The notes under the pieces are model-generated. The model saw only the letters and a list, made by a program, of their open reading frames with translations. It searched no databases and was not told the DNA's origin. 64,000 nucleotides of DNA from an uncultured archaeon (lineage in GTDB: Archaea > Micrarchaeota > Micrarchaeia > Anstonellales > Anstonellaceae). Made by a program: the position numbers and the translations under genes. The stretch's first letter is position 1, and the number at the start of each line of letters is the position of its first letter. The stretch is taken from NCBI GenBank assembly GCA_902384555.1, contig CABMCD010000004.1, forward strand, positions 11,909 through 75,908, given 5' to 3'. This document shows positions 36,073-45,140 of the stretch, one piece after another.

Positions 36073-37661
36073 TTTTTGCCTCTGGAACCGATGGAATAGA
36101 TGGACAAACCGAGATTTTTGTCTTTTTCCAAGCGGGCCGAGACTTCGGCCAGCACCATCTTCTTCACGCGCAGAAATTCCTCCTTGGGATATTCGACATT
36201 TCCAATCGCGTAACGCTTGGCTTTCACGTTGAAGCAGAACATGCACTCCGAACAATTTTCGATGTTGTGGCAGAAGAGGCAGTCCGAGCTGGAAAATGAC
36301 GAGTCGCACTCGAAGCAGCGCTGCAGCTTGACGGAGTTGTAGCACTTGAGGCAGGAGGCGGACTGCAGCACGATTTGGCAGCCGAATACGCTGTCCGAAT
36401 TGCGGGGCCAGAAGGAGTAGGCGCAGCGCTGGTCCTCCACCGAATTCGAGCAGCGGTAGCAGTCGCCCGAATCGATGTTGATGGGGCAGTCGATGCTGTT
36501 GAGGCACTGGCCCTCCCTTTTTTCGGGGCACATGTAAGCCACCGGGCCCATGATGGAAACCGCCTTGGAAAAGTCGAACGAGCGGGCCGCCTCCTCGCCG
36601 ATGCCCGCCAGTTCCCCAAGCGCCGCGCTCTCGTCGAGGCGCACCAGGCGGTTCGCGGGCATGGCGGCCTGCGGAGGATAGGAATTGCGCAGCACGGGCT
36701 TTTTGGAAACCGCGGACGGGGTGGCCCGGACGGCATAGGTGTCCCGCTCCAGCCATTGGGCATAGTGGTCCAGCCCGCGCAGGGGCTTGCCCAGAACCAG
36801 TTGGCTGGTGCGCGCGAACGCTTCCTCCACGCCGGCCATGCTCTGGCCGGGCGGGCTGGCGGAGCGGCGCTCGTCCGCCGAAATGGAGGGTGGCGCGCCG
36901 GCGCATTTTCCAACCAGCTCGAAAAGGGAGGGCAGGCGTTTTTGGGCTTCCAGCTCGTCCGCCATCTGCTCCTTGAGATGGGCCTTGGTCTTGAGATATT
37001 GCGAGCGCTCCAACTTCTGGTTTCCGATGCAATATGATTTGGCGTGCAGGTTGAAGCAGAACAAGCATTCCTGGCAGCCTTCGCAGCTGGCCACGTAATG
37101 GCAGTCCGAGCAGGTGTTGGAATTGTGCGCTTCGAACGAGCGGCGGGTCTGGCGCATCTGCTCGCAGCGCACCAGGCACTCGTTCCCGGCGCCCAGCATC
37201 ATGCAGCCGAACAGCCGCTCGGAAAGCCGCACGTCGGTGCAGTAGGCCGCGCATTTGGAGGCGTCTATCTTGCTGGACTCCAGCACATAATAGCTGTCGC
37301 TGACATTGCAGCTGCCCTGCACCTCCTGGGACGAGCCCAGCACCACTTCTCCGCAATAGACGGCCCGCTCACGCAGGGCTTGGGCCAGCGAATCCAAGTC
37401 CTTTATCTGGTTCAGGCCGATGGGCGCTTCGCGCCTTGAGAAATCAATCTGCGCAAGAGGCAGGAATTGGGCGTTGGGAGGGTAATTTCGGATGGCCAGC
37501 GTGACCGCCGGCCCTCCGTCCATGGACGGGCGCGTGAACACCGGATTCGACAGCTCGCACAGCCACGGCTTGTAGGGGAGCAAACCACCCACGGAGCGGC
37601 CGAAGAGCACTTGGCATGCGCTGGCCCATTCCCTTTCCAGCAGGTCCAGCGGCCCGGTCAT
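36069..37661 (-). CDS. Cys-rich two-module repeat protein, paralog 4
   Basis: EWASACQVLFG, IKDLDSL, SDCLFCHNIENCSECMFCFNVKAKRYAIGN. Confidence 0.9.
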   Translation of the reverse strand: MTGPLDLLEREWASACQVLFGRSVGGLLPYKPWLCELSNPVFTRPSMDGGPAVTLAIRNYPPNAQFLPLAQIDFSRREAPIGLNQIKDLDSLAQALRERAVYCGEVVLGSSQEVQGSCNVSDSYYVLESSKIDASKCAAYCTDVRLSERLFGCMMLGAGNECLVRCEQMRQTRRSFEAHNSNTCSDCHYVASCEGCQECLFCFNLHAKSYCIGNQKLERSQYLKTKAHLKEQMADELEAQKRLPSLFELVGKCAGAPPSISADERRSASPPGQSMAGVEEAFARTSQLVLGKPLRGLDHYAQWLERDTYAVRATPSAVSKKPVLRNSYPPQAAMPANRLVRLDESAALGELAGIGEEAARSFDFSKAVSIMGPVAYMCPEKREGQCLNSIDCPINIDSGDCYRCSNSVEDQRCAYSFWPRNSDSVFGCQIVLQSASCLKCYNSVKLQRCFECDSSFSSSDCLFCHNIENCSECMFCFNVKAKRYAIGNVEYPKEEFLRVKKMVLAEVSARLEKDKNLGLSIYSIGSRGKK

Positions 37662-39256
37662 TTTTTCGCCCCGATGTTGTAGATGGACAGGCCGAGCGTT
37701 TTGTGTTTTTCCAATTTGGAGGCCAGCTCGGCCAGCACGAGCTTCTTGATTTTGAGAAATTCTTCCTTGGGATACTCAACATTACCAATCGCAAATCTCT
37801 TGGCTTTCACGTTGAAACAAAACATGCATTCGGAGCAGTTCTCGATGTTGTGCGAGAAATAGCAGTCCGAGCACTGGTGCGAGTCGCTCACCTCAAAGCA
37901 GCGCTGGAGCTTGCGCGAATTGGAGCATTTCATGCAAAAGGCCGACTCCCACGTGACATAGGAGCCGAAGATGTTTTCCGAATTGTCGGGCCAGAAGGAA
38001 TAGGCGCATTTCTTGCAGCGGATGTTGGCCGAGCCCATGTAGGAATCCTGCGCGTCGATGGTGACCGCGCTGCCTTTCACGTTGACGTTGTGGCCCACCA
38101 CCTTGTCCAAATCACTGTAGGCCACCTTGTGTATGGAGCGGCAAACCGAATCCAGATTCGAGGCATCCAATCCGGCCGCATCCTTCTCTTCAATGGCAAA
38201 ATCAGCCACCCGCTGCACCTCATCATCCGGCAACAGGCGCCCGTCCAGATGGTAAATATCGCCGATTATTTTTCTATAACCGGCAATGAGCGCCTCGCGG
38301 CCGGAAAAGGGGGAGCGCAGGGGCACATTGGCGGGCACATGGGAGTAGAGCCAGCCCGCATAATCTTCAAGCTGGCCCAAGTCTTGGCCCAAGAGCAGGC
38401 GGCTGGTGTCGGAAAAGGCCTGTTGGATGGGGGCCATGTTGAATTTGGGCTCCGACCATTTGGTGCGGATTTGGATTTCGGGCTTGTATGGCCGGCAGGC
38501 CTGCAAAATGGAGAAAAGGGAGTAGAGTTTGCGCTTCTTTTTCAGCTCGCCGGCCATTTCGGCCACAAGCTTGGATTTGAGGGCAAAATACCGCGCTTTG
38601 GGAAGCTGCAGATTCCCAATCAGGAAAGACTTACCCCGCCCGCCAAACGAGAACAGGCAGTCGCTCGAGTTCTGCATGCTGCCGCAGTAATAGCAGTCGG
38701 TCACGATTTCGGAGGAATGGCACTCCAAGCAGCGGGTGAATTTGCTTCCCGAGCACTTGATGGAGGTGGAGGATTTGATGGTACCATACAACCCAAAGCA
38801 GTATTCCGAATTGTTGAGATAGCGCGAATAGGCGCAGTATTTGGAGGCGTCCATCAGGCTGCATTCGTAGATGAAATGACTGTCGATGACATCGGTGCTT
38901 CTTTCCACACCAGTAGATTTGCCCAAAATGATGTTGCCGGCATAATAGAAGCGCTCCGACACGGCTTCGAGGATGGAATCGATGTCCTTGATTTGGTTCA
39001 GGCTCATGGGCGCGTATGATTTGCCATAATCCAGCTCGCCCAGAGCCGCGTATTTGGCGGTTGGGGCATAATCGTTGATGGAAAGAGCCACCGCCTCGCC
39101 CGAAATAGAGGAGCGCCGCTCATGCGGCAGCTCCAGAGAGTCGGAAAGCCAGGGCCCGTATTCCTTGAGCTCACCCAGCGGCTCTCCAAAAATGATTTTG
39201 GACGTGCTGGCCCATGCCCGGTTGAGCGCCGAATAAGTTTCAGAAACCGTGCTCAT
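37658..39256 (-). CDS. Cys-rich two-module repeat protein, paralog 5
   Basis: True start MSTVSETY at 39256; AWASTSKIIFG, IKDIDSI, SDCYFSHNIENCSECMFCFNVKAKRFAIGN. Confidence 0.9.
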   Translation of the reverse strand: MSTVSETYSALNRAWASTSKIIFGEPLGELKEYGPWLSDSLELPHERRSSISGEAVALSINDYAPTAKYAALGELDYGKSYAPMSLNQIKDIDSILEAVSERFYYAGNIILGKSTGVERSTDVIDSHFIYECSLMDASKYCAYSRYLNNSEYCFGLYGTIKSSTSIKCSGSKFTRCLECHSSEIVTDCYYCGSMQNSSDCLFSFGGRGKSFLIGNLQLPKARYFALKSKLVAEMAGELKKKRKLYSLFSILQACRPYKPEIQIRTKWSEPKFNMAPIQQAFSDTSRLLLGQDLGQLEDYAGWLYSHVPANVPLRSPFSGREALIAGYRKIIGDIYHLDGRLLPDDEVQRVADFAIEEKDAAGLDASNLDSVCRSIHKVAYSDLDKVVGHNVNVKGSAVTIDAQDSYMGSANIRCKKCAYSFWPDNSENIFGSYVTWESAFCMKCSNSRKLQRCFEVSDSHQCSDCYFSHNIENCSECMFCFNVKAKRFAIGNVEYPKEEFLKIKKLVLAELASKLEKHKTLGLSIYNIGAKK

Positions 39257-40827
39257 CTGCCCCGGCCCCCTAGAGCGCACACATCCAGTTTGATGTCGCC
39301 CTCTTTCTCCAATTGGCGCACGAGCTCGGCCTGCACCATTTGCTTGATTTGCATGAATTTCTCCCTGCCCACTTCCACATTTCCAATCGCATAGCGCAAA
39401 CTCTTGGTATTGAAACAGAACATGCAGTTCTCCAGATTCTCGCAGTTGTGGCAGAACATCGAGTTGGAGCAGCTCTTGCACGAGTCGAGGTCCATGCTGG
39501 CCGTGCAGTCCATGCAGTCATGGCAGCGGATGCAGAACTTGCAGTTGGTAATCAGGATGCCGCAGCCGAACACGGCCTCGCAGCGGGTGGCATGGGTGCA
39601 ATAGGCGCTCTTTTTGGTGTAGGTGGCGTCCGCGATGTGGTAAACGTCGGCGCAGAAATAGCGGGTGGGGGTGAGGGCGAAATTCACGTTGTCGCCCTCG
39701 TTGAAGTCGGCGCAGTAAAACGCGATGGAGGACATGCGGCGCGCCAAATCCGAAAGAGCGGTGCGCTCGTCGCATTGCAGCACTTGCTGGCCCAGCACAT
39801 AGGCCTCCTCCTGGTTGATGAGCCGCGTCTTGGGCGCGTGGCGGGCCCAGAAATATTCGGAATAGGGCACTTCATTTCCGAACGGACTGGAGGCGCTCTG
39901 CACCGAAGCCACGTGATGCGAGAGGAATTTCTCAAATTTGGAGAGGGGGCCGAACTCCTTGCCCAATACCAGTTTGGTGGTGAGCTTGAAGGCATCATCC
40001 ATGGGCGACAGGCTGAAGGGCAGGGGGGCCTTCTGGGGGGCCGAGAGGCCGGCCATGGCCCCGGAGGCAGGCGGAGCGTAGTCGAAAATGGAATAGAATT
40101 TCTGGTGCTGGTCGATGTAGTCGGCCGCTTCGGCCACCAGTTTCGCGCGCAGGGCGAAATACTGGTCTTTGGGCAGTTCGCGGTTGCCGATGCAGTAGCG
40201 TTTGCTGCGCTGGTTGAAGGAGAACATGGTGTGCGCGCAGCCATGGCAGAAGAAGCAGAAGAACAGGTCCGAATTGTTGGTGGAGAAATAGGTCTCAAAG
40301 CTGCGCACCAGGTCGGCCGCGCCCAGCACCTTGATGAGAAATTTGCTGCGAATAAAGACGCCGGAGCCGAAGACGTGCTCGGACGCGTCGCGCACGTAGG
40401 AGGAATAGGCCACGTTCTTGGACTGCACGACGCTGTGCGAATTCTCCACCTTGAAGCTGTCGGTGCAGTTGTCCGAATATTCGGCCTCTTGGGTGTTTCC
40501 GAACATCTTGTTGCCCGCATAATAGAAGCGCTCGGACAGAGTGAAATAAAGGGAATCGATATCCTTGATGTCGTTGATGGAAAGCGGGGCCCCTTTTTTG
40601 GAAAAGTCGATTTCATCCTGCGAGATGAAGCGGGCATTCGGGGCATAGCGCTCGGCCGCGATGGCCACGGTCTTGCCCGACAGGGCGGAGGCGCGCCGGC
40701 TGGTGGGGTAGTGGTATTGGAGCATGTAGTCTTGGAGGCCCTCCAGCGAGTGCTTGGACTCGCGGCCGAAAATGAGCTGATAGGTGGTCTGGAAAGAGCG
40801 GTTGAGTTCGTCGCTGAGCGGGCTCAT
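39253..40827 (-). CDS. Cys-rich two-module repeat protein, paralog 6
   Basis: SFQTTYQLIFG, IKDIDSL, SNSMFCHNCENLENCMFCFNTKSLRYAIGN. Confidence 0.9.
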   Translation of the reverse strand: MSPLSDELNRSFQTTYQLIFGRESKHSLEGLQDYMLQYHYPTSRRASALSGKTVAIAAERYAPNARFISQDEIDFSKKGAPLSINDIKDIDSLYFTLSERFYYAGNKMFGNTQEAEYSDNCTDSFKVENSHSVVQSKNVAYSSYVRDASEHVFGSGVFIRSKFLIKVLGAADLVRSFETYFSTNNSDLFFCFFCHGCAHTMFSFNQRSKRYCIGNRELPKDQYFALRAKLVAEAADYIDQHQKFYSIFDYAPPASGAMAGLSAPQKAPLPFSLSPMDDAFKLTTKLVLGKEFGPLSKFEKFLSHHVASVQSASSPFGNEVPYSEYFWARHAPKTRLINQEEAYVLGQQVLQCDERTALSDLARRMSSIAFYCADFNEGDNVNFALTPTRYFCADVYHIADATYTKKSAYCTHATRCEAVFGCGILITNCKFCIRCHDCMDCTASMDLDSCKSCSNSMFCHNCENLENCMFCFNTKSLRYAIGNVEVGREKFMQIKQMVQAELVRQLEKEGDIKLDVCALGGRGR

Positions 40828-42407
40828 GGTTTTGCCCCCACATTATAGATGTCCAAGTCGAGCTTTTTATCCTTCCCCAACGTGTGCGCGATTTCAGCGA
40901 GCAGCATTTTCTTGACCCGCAAGTAGTCCTCTTTTTTCATTTCCACGTTTCCAATCGCATATCGCTTCGCCTTCACGTTGAAGCAGAACATGCAGTCTTG
41001 GCAGTTCTCGATGTTGTGGGAGAAGAGGCAGTCCGAGCAGTCGCGGCTGGAATCCAGCTCAAAACAGCGGGTGAGCTTGAGCGAGTAATAGCAGTTCACG
41101 CAGCAGGAGGAATCGAAGATGGTGTCGCAGCCGAAGCAGGACTCGGAGCGCACGCACCAGAACGAATAGGCGCAAAGCTTGGAATACACCGGGGCGGCCA
41201 TGCGGTAGCAGTCGGAGGAATGGACGCTGACCACGCAATAGACGATGTTGCTGTTCTGTCCAATCCAGAAGTCCATGTCGAAATAGGCCAGCTTGGAAAT
41301 CAGTTCGTGCGCGTTGGAAAGGCAGATGCGCTCGACCCGGCCCGGGTCCGCCTGAACGGACTGGCCGATGGCATCGGCCTCGCGCATGCCCACCACGCGG
41401 TCTTTGGGAATGGGAATGAGGGACATGGTCTTGGGGCAGACGCCCAGGGGCTTGGCGCTGATGGCCGAGCGGCGCTCCTCCATGGGCTTTACATGGCGCA
41501 GCAGCCAGGGCCCGTAATCGTCAATATCCGAGAGAGGCTTTTCGAAAAGGGTCTTGGAGGCTTGTGAGAAGGCCCCCTCGATTTGGCGCCGGTCGCTGGA
41601 CGGGGAGGAGTTCTCGTCTTCGGGGGCGCCGCGGATGGCGGGCTTGTCGGATGCGCACCGGCCGGCGATGTCCATCAGAGTGGGCAGGGACTTTTTCTCC
41701 CTAAGCTCACGGACCATCTCGCCCAGCAGCCGCCGCTTGACGGCCGCATACTGCGCCGGTTCCAGCTGGACGTTGCCCACGCAGTGGCGCCGGTTCTTGA
41801 GATGGAAGCAGAAGATGCAGTCCTGGCAGTTGTCCAGACCGTAGCTGTAATAGCAGTCCGAGCAATGGGTGCAGTTCCAGGCTTCCAGGCTGCGCTTGAC
41901 GCGCACCAGCTGGCTGCAGCTGACGCAAAAGGCCGATTCACCCGGCCCGTAGGAGCCGAACACGCACTCGTTCTCGCGGCCGAAGCTTATTTTGAGGCAG
42001 TATTTCGACGCGCTGTGCTGCATGGTTTCGTACACATAGTAGCAGTCCGACACGTTGGAGCTTCGGCTGACCTCCCGTGAATTGCCCAGCACGATGTTGC
42101 CGGCATAGCAGACGCGCGGACGCAGCGATTCGGCCAGCTCGGCCAGCGAGCGGGCGCGGATTTCACCCAAGGGCGGGGCTTTGGCGGAAAAATCCACCTC
42201 GTCCAGGCTGATGAACCGCCCGCCCGCGTATTCCCGCGACTCGTAGATGACGTCCTGGCCGGACACGGACGATTTTTTCGTGAAAACCGGGCCCGGATGG
42301 ACGCCCAGCCAAGGCAGGAAGGCTTCGAGCCCGCCCACTTCCTCGCCCAGCACGATGCGGCAGGTTTCCTTCCATTTCTGCTCGAGGGTGTCCATCGGCT
42401 CGCTCAT
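40824..42407 (-). CDS. Cys-rich two-module repeat protein, paralog 7
   Basis: True start MSEPMDTL at 42407; KWKETCRIVLG, SDCLFSHNIENCQDCMFCFNVKAKRYAIGN. Confidence 0.9.
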   Translation of the reverse strand: MSEPMDTLEQKWKETCRIVLGEEVGGLEAFLPWLGVHPGPVFTKKSSVSGQDVIYESREYAGGRFISLDEVDFSAKAPPLGEIRARSLAELAESLRPRVCYAGNIVLGNSREVSRSSNVSDCYYVYETMQHSASKYCLKISFGRENECVFGSYGPGESAFCVSCSQLVRVKRSLEAWNCTHCSDCYYSYGLDNCQDCIFCFHLKNRRHCVGNVQLEPAQYAAVKRRLLGEMVRELREKKSLPTLMDIAGRCASDKPAIRGAPEDENSSPSSDRRQIEGAFSQASKTLFEKPLSDIDDYGPWLLRHVKPMEERRSAISAKPLGVCPKTMSLIPIPKDRVVGMREADAIGQSVQADPGRVERICLSNAHELISKLAYFDMDFWIGQNSNIVYCVVSVHSSDCYRMAAPVYSKLCAYSFWCVRSESCFGCDTIFDSSCCVNCYYSLKLTRCFELDSSRDCSDCLFSHNIENCQDCMFCFNVKAKRYAIGNVEMKKEDYLRVKKMLLAEIAHTLGKDKKLDLDIYNVGAKP

Positions 42408-43165
42408 TTGGGGCACCCCACGTTGAAGACGTTCAAATCCAGCTTCTGGTCTTTTTGCAGCTTGGCCGAGATTTCGGCCAGCACCAGCTTTTTGACGCGC
42501 AAATATTCCTCCTTGGGATAGGAATGGTTGAAGATGGCGTAGCGAAGCGATTTGGCGTTGGTGCAGAAGAGGCATTCGGAGCAGGCGTCCACGTTGTAGC
42601 AGAAATAGCAGTCGGAAGAGTTGGAGGAGTGCGACACCTCAAAGCAGCGCGTCAAATTCACGGAATTGTAGCATTTGAGGCAGAATTTGGAGTGGAAGAC
42701 GACATTGACGCCGAAGAGGTATTCGGAATTGCGGGGCCAGAAGGAGTAGCCGCTGTATTTGCTGTGCACGAAGGAGCTTCCTTTGGAGCAGAAGCTGGAG
42801 AAGCCGTAGATGCCGCACTCGTCCACCGCCTCGTTTTGGCCGATGACCCATTCCGGCGTGTGGAAGGCGAGCGACCGCGTGAGTTTCTTGGCGTTGGAGA
42901 GGTTGATGGACAGGGCGTCCGCCTCGCTTAAGTGCCGGGCCCCCAGCGGGGCGGCCTCATCCTCTTTGAGGGCCGTGGAGAGAATGTGATAATAGAAGCT
43001 CAAGGGGGGCGAGTAGACCGTGCGCCCGCTGATGGGGGATTTGGACAAAATGTCGGGGCGGGTGTTCTGCCGCAGCCACGCCTCGTAGGGCCCGATGGGG
43101 CCCAAAGAGCGGCCCAAGAGCGTGCGGGTGAGGGTGTCGAACGCCTCCTGTACCTTAGGGTGCAT
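42404..43165 (-). CDS. Cys-rich single-module protein (C-module type), paralog 8
   Basis: VQEAFDTLTRTLLG, YSFWPRNSE, SDCYFCYNVDACSECLFCTNAKSLRYAIFN; own SD GGGGGAG. Confidence 0.88.
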   Translation of the reverse strand: MHPKVQEAFDTLTRTLLGRSLGPIGPYEAWLRQNTRPDILSKSPISGRTVYSPPLSFYYHILSTALKEDEAAPLGARHLSEADALSINLSNAKKLTRSLAFHTPEWVIGQNEAVDECGIYGFSSFCSKGSSFVHSKYSGYSFWPRNSEYLFGVNVVFHSKFCLKCYNSVNLTRCFEVSHSSNSSDCYFCYNVDACSECLFCTNAKSLRYAIFNHSYPKEEYLRVKKLVLAEISAKLQKDQKLDLNVFNVGCPK

Positions 43166-43922
43166 CCGCTCCCCCCAAAATGTCCAGTATGGACAAGGTG
43201 TTTTTCTTGGATTTCAATTCCGAGCGCACCTGCTCCAAGAGGCTTTTTTTCACCGCCAAGTATTTGGACGGCTCCAGCGCCAAATTGCCGATGAGGTGCC
43301 GCCGGTTGCGCTGGTTGAAGGTGAAGAGGCAGTCCGAGCAGCCCCACAGGTTGGAGGTGTAGTGGCAGTCCGAGCTCTCGAAGGTGATGTTGGTCTCGAA
43401 GCAGCGCTGCTGCCGATAGGTCTGGAAGCAGCGGATGAGGTATTTGGCCTCCCCCGACCAGTTGACGCCGAAGATGTACTCGTCGAGGCGCGCGAGGGAG
43501 GAATAGGCCACGAACTTGCCGCTCCACACCTGCTGGGACTTGTACACCACTTGCGAGTCGATGATATTGTCGGATTCGGCCACATCAAAGGAATTTCCGG
43601 TGACCTGGTCGGCCGCGTAAAAGAAGTGGGGGGAGATTTCGGACAGGATGGACTCGATGTCCTTGATTTGGTTGAGGTTGAGCTTCACGTCCGAGATTTT
43701 TTTGTTGTAGGCGTCCTGCTCGGCCAGGGAGATGAATTTGGCGGCCGGGCAGAAATAGGGGACCGAGACGGGGAGGCTCTGCCCGCCCAGAGCCGACTTT
43801 TTGGAAAAGATGGGCTCCACGTATTGGGTAAGATAGGCCTCGTAGGTTTTCAGCTCGCCGATTTCGCCGCCCAGCACGATGCGGCAAGTGGCCTTCCATG
43901 CATCATTGATGTCCAAACCCAC
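43155..43922 (-). CDS. Cys-rich single-module protein (N-module type), paralog 9
   Basis: DAWKATCRIVLG, IKDIESI, SDCHYTSNLWGCSDCLFTFNQRNRRHLIGN; GTG start 3 nt after the guaAA stop. Confidence 0.87.
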   Translation of the reverse strand: MGLDINDAWKATCRIVLGGEIGELKTYEAYLTQYVEPIFSKKSALGGQSLPVSVPYFCPAAKFISLAEQDAYNKKISDVKLNLNQIKDIESILSEISPHFFYAADQVTGNSFDVAESDNIIDSQVVYKSQQVWSGKFVAYSSLARLDEYIFGVNWSGEAKYLIRCFQTYRQQRCFETNITFESSDCHYTSNLWGCSDCLFTFNQRNRRHLIGNLALEPSKYLAVKKSLLEQVRSELKSKKNTLSILDILGGADAP

Positions 43923-43925
43923 ACC

Positions 43926-44564
43926 TTACTTCTTGACCATTTGGCAGAAATTCTCCAAAATCTTCTCTCCATTTTGCGTGTGCCACACTTCGGGGTGGAA
44001 CTGCACGCCCCACAGCGGGAGCTTCTCGTGCATCATGGCCTCCACCGCGCAGGTGTCGGAATGCGCCAGAGCCCGAAAGCCGGCGGGCACCTTCTTCACT
44101 TCGTCGAAATGGGAAACCCACGCCTGGAATTTGGGGGGCATGCCCGCCAGCGGGCCGGCCGCCTCATCCACCAGAATTTCGGAAACCCCGTATTCGGCCG
44201 AGGGGCCCTTGCCGACCGTGCCGCCCAGCACGTGCCCCATGAGCTGGTGGCCCATGCAGATTCCAAGAATGGGCTTGGAAGCGGCGGAAGCCGAGGCGCC
44301 TGGGCCGGAGGCGCCCGCCAGACCGGCCGCCTGCGCGAGGGCCGGGTCGGCCAAGGCGCTGGCTTTCAGCAGCCGGTGGCACTGGTTGGGCTTCATGTCC
44401 GGCGCCGAGGCCGGACCGCCGGAAAAGATGAAGGCGTCGAAAAAGTCCACCACGTCGGCCGCCGCGTCGGGCTGGTGGATGACGGCCTCGACGCCCAAAT
44501 CGCGGCAGGTGCGCCAAATCACGTGCGTGTACTGCGAACCCAGATTGAGGATGGCGATTTTCAT
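43926..44564 (-). CDS. guaAA: GMP synthase subunit A (class I glutamine amidotransferase)
   Basis: GSQYTH, SGGP, PILGICMGHQ, SHFDEV, GVQFHPEV. Confidence 0.93.
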   Translation of the reverse strand: MKIAILNLGSQYTHVIWRTCRDLGVEAVIHQPDAAADVVDFFDAFIFSGGPASAPDMKPNQCHRLLKASALADPALAQAAGLAGASGPGASASAASKPILGICMGHQLMGHVLGGTVGKGPSAEYGVSEILVDEAAGPLAGMPPKFQAWVSHFDEVKKVPAGFRALAHSDTCAVEAMMHEKLPLWGVQFHPEVWHTQNGEKILENFCQMVKK

Positions 44565-44625
44565 GGAAAAAAGAAGGCCGCCAAATCATATATGCATATG
44601 GGTTGGGCGCCGGGAGTGCCGGTGC

Positions 44626-45072
44626 CTAATTCTGCAGGCCGCGCCGCCCCGGACCCGGTATCGACACGTGCGGGATGCGCACCACGATGAGGGTGAAGAC
44701 CGTGAGCGCCAGCGCGATGATGGGATAGCCAAAACCGATGGCCATCCCGATTGCGGCCGACATCCAGACCGTGGCGGCCGTGGTAAGGTTCATCACGCGG
44801 TTGCCGGAGGGGTTGAAGATGATGAGCCCGGCGCCCAAAAAGCCGATGCCGGTCACCACGTTGGCCGCGATGCGGCTGGGGGAGTAGGGGTCCATGAGGG
44901 TGGAGAAGAAGCAGAAGGCCATCGAGCCGGCAATCACCAGACACTGCGTGGCGATGCCCGCCGTCTTGCCCCGCGACTCGCGCTCGGCGCCGATGAGGTA
45001 GCCAAAGGCCAGCGAGAGGAGGAGATAGAGGCCGAAAAGAAAATCCTGGGAGCTGAGCGAGGTTTCAAGCAT
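44626..45072 (-). CDS. MgtC/SapB family membrane protein
   Basis: IGAERE, AGIAT, SRIAANVVTGIGFLGAG, LTTAATVW. Confidence 0.92.
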   Translation of the reverse strand: MLETSLSSQDFLFGLYLLLSLAFGYLIGAERESRGKTAGIATQCLVIAGSMAFCFFSTLMDPYSPSRIAANVVTGIGFLGAGLIIFNPSGNRVMNLTTAATVWMSAAIGMAIGFGYPIIALALTVFTLIVVRIPHVSIPGPGRRGLQN

Positions 45073-45140
45073 GGAAGCCCCAGCGGGGAGAAAGTTAAAA
45101 AGGAAATGCGGCCCCCGCCCGGCCCGGCAGGCGGAAGGCT

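Larger units (their letters stand above)
30153..43922 (-). repeat. tandem array of nine paralogous Cys-rich repeat-protein genes (16 homologous ~260-aa modules)
   Basis: Each module starts with W/F-x-x-T-x3-(L/I)-G..L..Y..WL and ends with SDCxxxxxxxxCxxCxFxFN..KxxxIGN..K..Y; synonymous sites diverged. Confidence 0.92.

Noticed and set aside
34486-37356. 956-aa ORF (likewise the 607-aa and 583-aa N-extended ORFs)
   Set aside because: The N-terminal parts are off-frame read-through over the upstream paralog; homology and ATGA overlaps put the true starts at 36072, 39256 and 42407.
30153-43922. Diversity-generating retroelement or recent gene-conversion cassette system behind the paralog array
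   Set aside because: No reverse transcriptase or near-identical TR/VR pair in the window; differences between the conserved 3' blocks are mostly synonymous and not adenine-specific.
30153-43922. Polyferredoxin or multiheme cytochrome call for the Cys-rich proteins
   Set aside because: No CxxCxxCxxxCP ferredoxin motifs. The CxxCH occurrences are part of the 3-residue repeat, are replaced by CxxSH or CxxCY in some paralogs, and there is no export signal.
42404-43922. Frameshifted pseudogene
   Set aside because: The break falls exactly at the module boundary, the linker is absent, and the downstream half has its own SD and ATG.
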